From an uncultured delta proteobacterium (GTDB lineage: Bacteria > Myxococcota_A > Polyangia > Haliangiales > Haliangiaceae), in the NCBI GenBank assembly GCA_963848295.1, contig CAWKDB010000002.1, positions 1,088,001-1,152,000 of the forward strand: 64,000 nucleotides of DNA. Reading direction: 5' to 3'. This document shows, one piece after another, positions 10,841-19,169 of the stretch. Position 1 is the first letter of the stretch. Each line of letters begins with the position of its first letter. The position numbers and the translations under genes were made by a program. The notes under the pieces were generated by a model. That model saw nothing but the letters and a program-made list of their open reading frames with translations, ran no database searches and was not told where the DNA came from.

Positions 10841-11667
10841 GCCCCCTTGCGCGCGCGTCCGCCGCCGCGTACGCCCGGCTCCTGGTCACCGGCGACACGC
10901 TCGCCGACAAGCTCGCGCCGGCGCCGGCCGAGCTCGACTTCGCGGGCGGTGCGGCCGAGCGGATCGCGGCGCCGGGGCGACCGGCCGGGCTCGCGATCGT
11001 GCCCGGCCGCAAGTCCCGAGTGCCGCCGGTCGCGGGGATGCGCGATCCGGCGCAGCGCGCACGCATCCTCCACGCGCTCGCGAACCACGAGCTCCAGGCG
11101 ATCGAGCTGTTCGCGTGGGCGGTGCTGGCGTTCCCCGCCACGCCGGTCGCGTTTCGCAGGGGCCTCGTCGCGATCGCGAGCGACGAGCAGCGCCATCTCC
11201 AGCTCTATCTCGACCGGCTCGCCGCGCACGGGATGCGGTTCGGCGATTGTCCGGTGACCGGACACTTCTGGAACAAGCTCGACCACCTGAGCGGTCCACT
11301 CGAGTTCGTGTGCGCGATGGGCCTGACGTTCGAGCAGGCGAACCTCGACTTTGCCGGCGACTATGCGGCCGCGGCGCGCGCGGCCGGCGACACCGCGACC
11401 GCCGACGCGCTCGCGCAGGTCCACGCCGACGAGATCGGCCACGTCCACTTCGGTTGGGTGTGGCTGCGCCGGCTCGCCGGCGACGACAGCGGATCGTTCG
11501 ACGCGTGGCGGGTCTACAACGACCACGTCAAGTTCCCGCTCGGACCCAGGCGCGCTCGCGGTGCTCGCCTCGATCGCGACGCGCGCCGGCGCGCCGGCAT
11601 CGACGAGGCCTTCATCACCGCGCTCGCCGGCGTCTCGCCGACGCGACCGAGCGGCGAGCCGCGATGA
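10837..11667 (+). CDS. Ferritin-like (DUF455-type) diiron protein
   Basis: LHALANHELQAIEL, DEQRH, FEQANLD and DEIGH carboxylate/His ligands; ATGA overlap with the upstream gene. Confidence 0.85.
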   Translation: MSPLARASAAAYARLLVTGDTLADKLAPAPAELDFAGGAAERIAAPGRPAGLAIVPGRKSRVPPVAGMRDPAQRARILHALANHELQAIELFAWAVLAFPATPVAFRRGLVAIASDEQRHLQLYLDRLAAHGMRFGDCPVTGHFWNKLDHLSGPLEFVCAMGLTFEQANLDFAGDYAAAARAAGDTATADALAQVHADEIGHVHFGWVWLRRLAGDDSGSFDAWRVYNDHVKFPLGPRRARGARLDRDARRRAGIDEAFITALAGVSPTRPSGEPR

Positions 11668-12507
11668 TCCTGTGGGCGAACCTCGATCAGGAAGCGCGCT
11701 GGGCGGGCGTCCAGCTCAAGCCCGACGTGATCAAGCTGATCCGCGGCCTGGCCGATCAGCTCGCCGCGCTCGCGCCCGCGGGCGAACCGGTCGAGCTGTG
11801 GCGGCCCGGCGACGGCACGCCGCCGCGCTGGGACCTCGCCTGGGCGGATCCCGAGGCCAAGGCGGTCAACGATCGCCGGTTCGCGCTCGGGCTGGGGTTC
11901 GCGCTTCCGGGGGCGCGCGTGGTGTCCTCGCTCGCCGAGCTCGATGCGCACATCGCGGAGCAAGCCTCGATGGCCGAGACCTGGGCCCGGTCATCATCAC
12001 CGAATGGGAGCGCGGGTGGATCGCCCGCCTGGGTGTGCAAGGCGCCGTGGACCGCGGCGGGCCGCGACCGGTGTTTCGGCGAAGGTGCGCCGACCGCCGA
12101 CCGGCGGACGCGGATCGAGCGCCTGCTCGCCAGCTTCGGCGCGCTGGTGTTCGAGCCCTGGCTCGACCGCATCGTCGATGTCGGCGTGTGCGCGGCGATC
12201 GATCGCGCCGGCGCCGTCGTCGCGAAGCCGCCGCACCAGCTGAAGACCACGCCACGCGGCGGCTTCGCCGGCATCGATCTCGTCCCCGCCCCCGCTCGCC
12301 GCGGGCGAGCTCGACCGCCTCGCCGCTGCGGTCGCCGCCGCGGGCGCGGCGCTCCATCGCGCGGGCTACGCCGGGCCGTTCGGGATCGACGCGTTCGCGT
12401 ATCGCGAAGGGGGCGAGCGCAGGTTCCACCCGCTGTGCGAGCTCAACGCGCGCCACACGTTCGGCCACGTCGCGTGGGCGGCGGGGCGATTCGACCCGGC
12501 GGTGTGA
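11664..12507 (+). CDS. ATP-grasp-like protein (apparent frameshift near 12290)
   Basis: WVCKAPWTAAGR and FEPWLDR; after the shift GYAGPFGIDAF...CELNARHTFG, ending at TGA 12505-12507. Confidence 0.7.
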
Positions 12508-12558
12508 GACCCGAGTCCCGGACGTGCGCGGACCGAGCTCCAACGATAATGTTTCGCC

Positions 12559-13446
12559 ATGGCCGAGCTCGATGCGGTGATCGACGCCTGCCGCGCCGCG
12601 CTCGATCGACGAACCGCGCCCCCATTCGGCGGCGCGGCCGACCGGGGACGAGCCCCCGCCGTCGACCGTCCGGCCGGTGTCGTCGTGTTGACCGGAGCCG
12701 GCGTCAGCGCCGAGAGCGGCATCCCGACGTTCCGCGGCAAAGAGGGTTACTGGACGGTCGGCGCGCGCGAGTACCACCCGCAGGAGCTCGCGACGTTCGA
12801 CGCGTTCTCGCACATGCCGTGGGACGTCTGGGCCTGGTACCTCTATCGGCGCGGCGCATGCCGGCGCGCCGAGCCGAACCCCGGCCACCGCGCGCTCGTC
12901 CGGCTCGATGCCGCGCTCGGTGACCGGTTCGTCCTGGTCACCCAGAACGTCGATGGCCTGCATCGCCGCGCCGGCAGCCCGAACGCGCGCACGTTCCCGA
13001 TCCACGGCGACATCGACCTCATGCGATGCGCCGCCGAGTGCGGGCCCGACCCTTGGCCGATCCCCGAAGCCGTGCCGGCGCTCGCGCGGGGCGAGCCGGT
13101 GACCGAGGCGAGCCGCGCCCTGCTCCACTGCCCGCGCTGTCACGGCCCGGGCCGCCCGCACGTGTTGTGGTTCGACGAGACCTACGACGAGCGCCGGTTC
13201 TTTCTCGACACCACGCGCCGGCTCGCCGCCGAGGCCGCGCTGCTCGTGATCGCGGGGACGTCCGCACAGACCAACCTGCCGTGGCAGATCGTCTCGCTCG
13301 CGGCGAAGGGTGGTGCCACCATCGTCGACATCAACGTCGAGCCGAACCCGTTCGGCGACATCGCGGCGCGCACCGGCGGCGAGGTCCGGTCGCCGTCCGC
13401 GATCGCCTTGCCCGCGATCGTCGATGCGCTGATCTCGCCGTCGTAA
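12559..13446 (+). CDS. cobB: NAD-dependent deacylase, Sir2/CobB family
   Basis: GAGVSAESGIPTFR, TQNVDGLH, HG, two Cys pairs and GTS motif. Confidence 0.92.
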   Translation: MAELDAVIDACRAALDRRTAPPFGGAADRGRAPAVDRPAGVVVLTGAGVSAESGIPTFRGKEGYWTVGAREYHPQELATFDAFSHMPWDVWAWYLYRRGACRRAEPNPGHRALVRLDAALGDRFVLVTQNVDGLHRRAGSPNARTFPIHGDIDLMRCAAECGPDPWPIPEAVPALARGEPVTEASRALLHCPRCHGPGRPHVLWFDETYDERRFFLDTTRRLAAEAALLVIAGTSAQTNLPWQIVSLAAKGGATIVDINVEPNPFGDIAARTGGEVRSPSAIALPAIVDALISPS

Positions 13447-13496
13447 AGCGGCACAGCCCTTTACTCCTGAGTCGCGTTTCGGCAGGGTGAACCTCG

Positions 13497-15416
13497 ATGT
13501 CCTCGCCCGAAGACAGCACACCCGTGCCGCGCGAGGTCAGCACGATCAGCGAGGTGACCGGCGAGGTGACCGTGCTGCCGCCCGAGGAGGCGAGCAAGGT
13601 CATCGACGAGATCAAGGCGGTCGCCGAGAGCCGCGGCGAGGACTCGGACGTCATCGAGCTCGTCGAGCTGCGGCCGAGCGGGATGATCCCGGCGATCGAC
13701 GCGGCCGCCGCGCTGGCCGCGACCGACGACGAGCTCGGCATCGACGAGCTGCGCGATGCGTGGCCCCTGCTCGATCTCGACGAGCGCGGCGACGGCTTGC
13801 GCGTCTTGCCGCGCGAGGACGCCGAGGAGTTCTTCATCTCGCTGATCCCGAGCGACCAGGCGGCGATGCTGGTCCACTTCCGCGCCGGGCAACGCCGCCA
13901 GTGGATGCGCCTGCTCGAGCCCGACGACGTCGCCGACGTCATCCAGAGCACGCCGGAAGAGCATCGCAAGATGCTGCTCGCCTTGCTCGACGAGCCGACC
14001 CGCAAAGAAGTCGTCGCCCTGATGCAGTACGCCGAGGACGAGGCCGGCGGCCTGATGTCGACCCGGTTCGCGCGGCTCCGCCCGCACATGACCGCGGACG
14101 AGGCGCTCAGCTACTTGCGCCGGCAAGCGCGCGCGAAGCTCGAGACGATCTACGTCGCGTACGTCACGGACAACGACCAGCACCTGCTCGGCGTGGTGTC
14201 GTTTCGCGATCTGTTCGCGGCCGAGCCGGCCAAGACGGTCGGCGAGATCATGACGACCGATGTCGTCCGGGTCACCGACGAGATGGATCAGGAGACGGTG
14301 TCGCGGATCTTCGCGGAGCACGATCTCAACGTCGTGCCGGTCGTCGACAAAGACGGCAAGATGAAGGGCATCGTGACGGTCGACGACATCGTCGACGTCG
14401 TGCAAGAAGAGGCGACCGAGGACATCCAGAAGTTCGGCGGCCTCGAAGCCCTGGACATGCCGTACCTCGCGTCGAGCCGGCGCGAGATGATCAAGAAGCG
14501 CGCGCGCTGGCTGACGATCCTGTTGATCGGCGAGATGTTGACCGCGACCGCGCTCGGGTTCTTCCAGCACGAGCTCGATAAAGCGATCGTGCTGTCGCTG
14601 TTCCTGCCGCTGATCATCTCGAGCGGCGGCAACTCGGGCTCGCAGGCGTCGACGCTCGTGATCCGGGCGATGGCGCTCGGCGAGGTCCGCGTCGCCGATT
14701 GGTTGCGGGTGTTCCGCCGCGAGATCCAGATGGGCGTCGTGCTCGGCGCGATCCTCGGCAGCGTCGCCGCCGTTCGCGTGATCGTGTGGGGCGCGGCCGG
14801 CGCGTACGAAGGCTCGGCCGGTCAGCACTTCGTGTTGATGGGGATCACGGTCGCGATCAGCCTGGTCGGCTGCGTCATGTGGGGGACGCTGATGGGCGCG
14901 ATGCTGCCGTTCGCGCTGCGCAAGGTCGGTGCCGACCCCGCGAGCGCCTCGGCGCCGCTCGTCGCGACGCTGGTCGACGTCAGCGGCATCATCATCTACT
15001 TCACGATCGCGAGCACGATCCTGACCGGCAGCGTGATCCGCTCGGTGCCGGACGCGTGCACGGTCGCGACCTCCGACGACATCGCGCAGGTCTTCCACGA
15101 GAGCTTCGAGCGCCAGCCATCTGTGAAACCCACGGGCGACAAGCTGAGTCGTTGCGTATGGAAGCGCGCCAAGGTCGAGCTAGGCGTCCATACCGAGCTC
15201 ACCGATCGCGACTCGTTCGACGACGCGATGGAGACGCTGCCCGGCGCGGTCAAGAAGGTCGCGATCGGCGGTGAGGCCGCATTCTACGAACAGAACGCGA
15301 GCGTGCTCTACGCGTTCAAGGGCGACACGAAGGTCGCGATCAGTCTCGCGGGCCAGACCGGCCCGGCCGAAGCCGACGAGACCGCGCTGATGGCGAAGAT
15401 CCTCGGCAAGCTGTAG
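13497..15416 (+). CDS. mgtE: Magnesium transporter MgtE with extra C-terminal domain
   Basis: N-domain, AGGLM, CBS pair, GGNSGSQ and DPASASAPLVATLVD. Confidence 0.93.
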   Translation: MSSPEDSTPVPREVSTISEVTGEVTVLPPEEASKVIDEIKAVAESRGEDSDVIELVELRPSGMIPAIDAAAALAATDDELGIDELRDAWPLLDLDERGDGLRVLPREDAEEFFISLIPSDQAAMLVHFRAGQRRQWMRLLEPDDVADVIQSTPEEHRKMLLALLDEPTRKEVVALMQYAEDEAGGLMSTRFARLRPHMTADEALSYLRRQARAKLETIYVAYVTDNDQHLLGVVSFRDLFAAEPAKTVGEIMTTDVVRVTDEMDQETVSRIFAEHDLNVVPVVDKDGKMKGIVTVDDIVDVVQEEATEDIQKFGGLEALDMPYLASSRREMIKKRARWLTILLIGEMLTATALGFFQHELDKAIVLSLFLPLIISSGGNSGSQASTLVIRAMALGEVRVADWLRVFRREIQMGVVLGAILGSVAAVRVIVWGAAGAYEGSAGQHFVLMGITVAISLVGCVMWGTLMGAMLPFALRKVGADPASASAPLVATLVDVSGIIIYFTIASTILTGSVIRSVPDACTVATSDDIAQVFHESFERQPSVKPTGDKLSRCVWKRAKVELGVHTELTDRDSFDDAMETLPGAVKKVAIGGEAAFYEQNASVLYAFKGDTKVAISLAGQTGPAEADETALMAKILGKL

Positions 15417-15443
15417 CCGTCGAGCCATGCTACGGTCAGTGGC

Positions 15444-16331
15444 TTGCTGGCGACGCGCGTGCTCCACTACCGCGATCCGGCCTCGGTCGTGCTCGGGCTC
15501 AAGCAGCTTCGGCGCCAGGGCCTGACCCCGCGCGGCCTGCTGTTCGTCGCGCTCGATCCGCGCGGCGAGACGTCGCTCGCGATGCCCGAAGATGTCGACG
15601 CGGTCGCCGAGATCCGCGTCGGTGACAAGCTGACGCTCGAGCCGCCCTGGCAGGGCCGGTACTTTCACTTCGATGCGATCCATCGCCTGCCCGGCGATAG
15701 CGTGCTGTGGAATGGCGATCGCCGGCTCGCCGACACCGGCTCCGCGCCCGAGGTCGCGTGCGCGATCTCGGAGTGGCTCAAAGGCGCCTCCGCGAAGAAC
15801 GTGTTCCTCGGGTGCGCGCCGCATGTCCCCGGCTCGTGGTGGTCGCCCGACCACCGCTCGGCCGTCACCGATCTGCACGCGCTCGGCTATCTCGATTGCG
15901 TCGTGACGACAAACGGGGTGCTCGCGCGCAAGATCGACGACGGCCGGCTGTTCCACCTCGCGTTCTCCGCGCTGCGCGCGCATGGCACGCCGACCGAAGG
16001 CTGGCAGGAGGTGTTTCGCTCCGAGCTCGGCAACATCTTGCTGCTCGAGCGCCGCGTGTTGCAGTCCCGGCTCGTGCTGACCTGCGAGAAGGGGCTCGTC
16101 GAGATCGACGTCAGCCACCTGCCGGATGTCGTGATCGAGACCGCGCGCGTGCCGATGCAATCGGGCTTCGGCGTGGTCGGGCGGATCGACGGCGGCGCGT
16201 TCGCCGTCACCGCCGGCACGATCGAGCCATGGGGCCTGACCAACATGTCGCCGGCGATGCTCGTCGGCTCGCCGACCGAGAGCCTGCTCGATCTGCCGAA
16301 GACGCTGCGCGCGATGAAGCTCGACGACTGA
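15444..16331 (+). CDS. Hypothetical protein (295 aa)
   Basis: Clean ORF with genome-typical codon usage; no recognised family. Confidence 0.8.
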   Translation: MLATRVLHYRDPASVVLGLKQLRRQGLTPRGLLFVALDPRGETSLAMPEDVDAVAEIRVGDKLTLEPPWQGRYFHFDAIHRLPGDSVLWNGDRRLADTGSAPEVACAISEWLKGASAKNVFLGCAPHVPGSWWSPDHRSAVTDLHALGYLDCVVTTNGVLARKIDDGRLFHLAFSALRAHGTPTEGWQEVFRSELGNILLLERRVLQSRLVLTCEKGLVEIDVSHLPDVVIETARVPMQSGFGVVGRIDGGAFAVTAGTIEPWGLTNMSPAMLVGSPTESLLDLPKTLRAMKLDD

Positions 16332-16368
16332 GTGTAAGCGCCCCGCGTAAACTCGAACGGCGTTGCGC
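16332..16368 (+). promoter_or_regulatory. Shared upstream motif, copy 1
   Basis: GTGTAAGCGC followed by GCGTAAAC-N8-CGTTGC, upstream of ORF 16401. Confidence 0.45.
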
Positions 16369-16400
16369 TCGCGATGGCGCGCGGGATATCTGTCGAGCCG

Positions 16401-16559
16401 ATGCGCAGAGCATGGTTCGCGGTCGTGATCCTGGCGATCTCGTTGTTCGCGGCTTGCGGGCACAACTCGGCGGTCCCGCAAGACTCCGGAGTCGCCGATT
16501 CCGGCTGTGCACCGTGCACGCTCGGGCAAGGCGAGCTCGGCGCGTGTTGCGTTCGATAG
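16401..16559 (+). CDS. Small Cys-rich lipoprotein (52 aa)
   Basis: Signal peptide with lipobox FAAC; C-terminal CTLGQGELGACC. Confidence 0.65.
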   Translation: MRRAWFAVVILAISLFAACGHNSAVPQDSGVADSGCAPCTLGQGELGACCVR

Positions 16560-16615
16560 CTGTGGTCGACCGTGACCGGCCCTGACTCACCGCGACGGTG
16601 CCGCGATCCGCGTCA

Positions 16616-16655
16616 GCGCTTACACGCGCCGTGTAAGCCCTAAAGGTGTTGCTCG
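16616..16655 (+). promoter_or_regulatory. Shared upstream motif, copy 2 (palindrome)
   Basis: GCTTACACG-cgc-CGTGTAAGC palindrome, then N8-TGTTGCTCG, upstream of ORF 16699. Confidence 0.55.
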
Positions 16656-16698
16656 GCTCTGCGCTCCGGCGTTTTATTCGCGCGAGAAAAGGAAGCCC

Positions 16699-17529
16699 AT
16701 GAAGCTCAAGCTGGTGATCGTCGATCTAGAGATTCCGAAACATGTGAAGCGGCGGATGCTGCGCATCGGCCTGCCCGTGGCGGTCCTGCTGATCTGCGGC
16801 GGGGTCGTCTTGGCGGCGGGACTGCACACGTGGAGCGACGGCGATACCCTCGCGTCGACCGATCTCAACGGCAACTTCTCGGCGCTTCAGGATCAGATCA
16901 CGAGCCAAGGCACGTCGCTGGGCGGCACTCCGCTCGCCTCACCGTTCTCGCCGATCGCCGGACAGGTGCTCGCGTATGACGGCTCGGCGTGGACGCCCAC
17001 GGCGATCACCTCGACCACGGGCCAGTTCTTCCCTCCGAATGACACCAACGCGACCGGCGTGCTCGAGAAGTATAACGCGGGCGCGCCGTACACCGTCGCG
17101 AGCGTCACCATCACCGCCCCGAGCGCGGGCCTCGTTCAGGTCTCGCTGGATGGACAATTCCGCGACTGGGAGCACGTGGGGCCCAACACCTATCCGGTCA
17201 ACGGCGGCACCACCGCTGGAAAGGATGACGACTTCACGTGCAAGCTCGCGCCGAATCCGGGAAACGCGAACGCCGTCACGGGGTCGGCGCCGGTAGCATG
17301 GCACGTCGGCAGTGAGGTCACGGGCTGGGGCCCGATCGGCGACCCGTTCACCCAAGCGTTCGCCACGTCCTACCCATTTGCTGTCCCGGCGGCGGGCACG
17401 TACGAGTTCGACTTCACCTGCTACTCTTTGTCGTGCAGCGACGTCGTGACCACGGGGACGTACGGCTGCGACGTTCCGGCGGCGCACATCTACGGCATCT
17501 ACTTCCCGGCGATCTCCACGTCGAACTGA
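16699..17529 (+). CDS. Exported fibre/adhesin-like hypothetical protein
   Basis: TM/signal segment, TWSDGDTLASTDLNGNFSAL, GQVLAYDGSAWTP, then a beta-rich C-terminal domain. Confidence 0.7.
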   Translation: MKLKLVIVDLEIPKHVKRRMLRIGLPVAVLLICGGVVLAAGLHTWSDGDTLASTDLNGNFSALQDQITSQGTSLGGTPLASPFSPIAGQVLAYDGSAWTPTAITSTTGQFFPPNDTNATGVLEKYNAGAPYTVASVTITAPSAGLVQVSLDGQFRDWEHVGPNTYPVNGGTTAGKDDDFTCKLAPNPGNANAVTGSAPVAWHVGSEVTGWGPIGDPFTQAFATSYPFAVPAAGTYEFDFTCYSLSCSDVVTTGTYGCDVPAAHIYGIYFPAISTSN

Positions 17530-17569
17530 GCTAGTTGCCGACGCGCTCTCCGATCACTGACCAGCCGGA

Positions 17570-17701
17570 TCAGCCGAGCGTGCACTGACCGATCGTCGAG
17601 TGGCCCATCTCGCACGTGTCTTGGGTCTGGTGGTTCGAGATCGATCCGCACGACGACGCCCCGAAGATCAAAGCGCACAAGAGGAGAGCCCTGACGACCA
17701 T
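17570..17701 (-). CDS. Small Cys-rich lipoprotein (43 aa)
   Basis: MVVRALLLCALIFGASSC signal/lipobox-like segment; C-terminal CEMGHSTIGQCTLG resembles the ORF 16401 product. Confidence 0.6.
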   Translation of the reverse strand: MVVRALLLCALIFGASSCGSISNHQTQDTCEMGHSTIGQCTLG

Positions 17702-17731
17702 GAGCTTGCTCGTACCCTGGCGACCGCGCCG

Positions 17732-17769
17732 CGAGCAACATAATTGGCGCTTACACCGCGCCTGTAAAC
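17732..17769 (-). promoter_or_regulatory. Shared upstream motif, copy 3
   Basis: On the minus strand TTTACA-N7-TGTAAGC-N8-TGTTGCTCG, upstream of ORF 17701. Confidence 0.55.
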
Positions 17770-17780
17770 AAGAGGGCCGC

Positions 17781-18791
17781 CTACGACCGGTCGTGCCCCG
17801 CTCGCTGGTGAGCTCGATAGATCGCGACGAGCTCTTGCCGCGACTCGGCCTTGAGGCGCTTCGCGGCGCGCGCGAGGAGCACGCGCACGGTCGAGTGCGC
17901 GAGACCGAGCTCGTAAGCGATGATCTTGTTCGTGCGGCCAGCGGCGGCGGCCGCGACGACCTGCGACTCGCGCATGGACAGTGCCGACAGCCCGGCGATC
18001 TCCGCCCGCGGCGGGTTCTCGACCGCGATGACATAGCGCTTTCCGGCGTGATCGAAGTGGTCGAGGAGCGTGAGCTCGGCGTCGACCAGAGTTCGCCATG
18101 AGTCTACGGCGCCGTCGGGATCGTGATCCCGCATCGGTCCGCGCGCGGCTTCCATCCGCAACACGGCATCGCGCAGCGCGCGGCGCAAGCGGTCGGCGGT
18201 CTTGCCGTCGGCTGCGTGCTCGCACCGGCCCGTCGTGTCGAGCACCGCGGTTGCCGCATCGGGCGATGGCGCGATCGTTCCATATCGCCTCAAACGAAGC
18301 GCGCTCGCCATATGCGACGCGACGCGGGTCCACCTGTCGGCTTCGTTTGGACCTCGAGTGCGTGCAGCGGGGAGCGGCACCGCGAGCGTCACCCCGATGC
18401 CGGACGGGTCGTACGCGTTGATGTTGAGGACGTCTCGGATCCCGGCGTCCAGCATCGGCCGCGTGCCCGGCATCTTCTCGAGCGGCCCGAGCTCCGAGCA
18501 CAGCCCGAAGCTCTGCGCGCGCCACGTCTCGTCGACGTGGCTCGGTGCCATCGCTTCGAGCGACCTGGAGAACACCTCAGGCGCGACCACGAGATCTTGC
18601 TCCACGCAGGTACCCGCGCGCAGCGATCCGACCGCGCCCTCATAGACGCACGCGAGCACGCCGCATCCTTGATCGGCGATCGGCGCCGCGGCGCGCAACA
18701 TGGCGCGCAGCCAGTCGGCCTCCGAATTCCCTGGACCGTAGGTGGCCTCGATGACGCCGATCAGACCTCGATCGCGCTGGCTCATTGGCAC
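17781..18791 (-). CDS. LuxR-family HTH transcriptional regulator
   Basis: C-terminal LSMRESQVVAAAAAGRTNKIIAYELGLAHSTVRVLL HTH; GAF-like N-terminal region. Confidence 0.9.
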   Translation of the reverse strand: MPMSQRDRGLIGVIEATYGPGNSEADWLRAMLRAAAPIADQGCGVLACVYEGAVGSLRAGTCVEQDLVVAPEVFSRSLEAMAPSHVDETWRAQSFGLCSELGPLEKMPGTRPMLDAGIRDVLNINAYDPSGIGVTLAVPLPAARTRGPNEADRWTRVASHMASALRLRRYGTIAPSPDAATAVLDTTGRCEHAADGKTADRLRRALRDAVLRMEAARGPMRDHDPDGAVDSWRTLVDAELTLLDHFDHAGKRYVIAVENPPRAEIAGLSALSMRESQVVAAAAAGRTNKIIAYELGLAHSTVRVLLARAAKRLKAESRQELVAIYRAHQRAGHDRS

Positions 18792-18889
18792 CGAGGTCTA
18801 TCAAACGCGCGCGCTGCGGGGCAACGAGCGATCCTGCTCGATCGCTACCGTCTACGCGGGCATATTGCCACACCCCGATTTCGGCGAGC

Positions 18890-19117
18890 TCACGGCGAGC
18901 CCGACACCGCTGCGATCCACATCAGGCCGATCGCGAGCAATGCGACGCTCGTCAGCGGCCACAGCCCGACCGCGTAGGCGGCGACCGTTCGCAGTTGCTC
19001 GCGCACCGGGACGCGCGGGCGGCGCTGCCGGCGCACCCGTGGCGCAGGCGGCGCGGGCACGAGCTGGCCTGCGGTCCTCACGATCCGAGCCTGAGGAAGC
19101 GAGTCGAAGGACAACAT
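18890..19117 (-). CDS. Small membrane hypothetical protein (75 aa)
   Basis: ATG 19117, C-terminal TM helix. Confidence 0.5.
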   Translation of the reverse strand: MLSFDSLPQARIVRTAGQLVPAPPAPRVRRQRRPRVPVREQLRTVAAYAVGLWPLTSVALLAIGLMWIAAVSGSP

Positions 19118-19169
19118 GGCTTCAGTATGACGCCTGAACGCGCGTTGGCATTCAGGTAACGTCAGCGCC

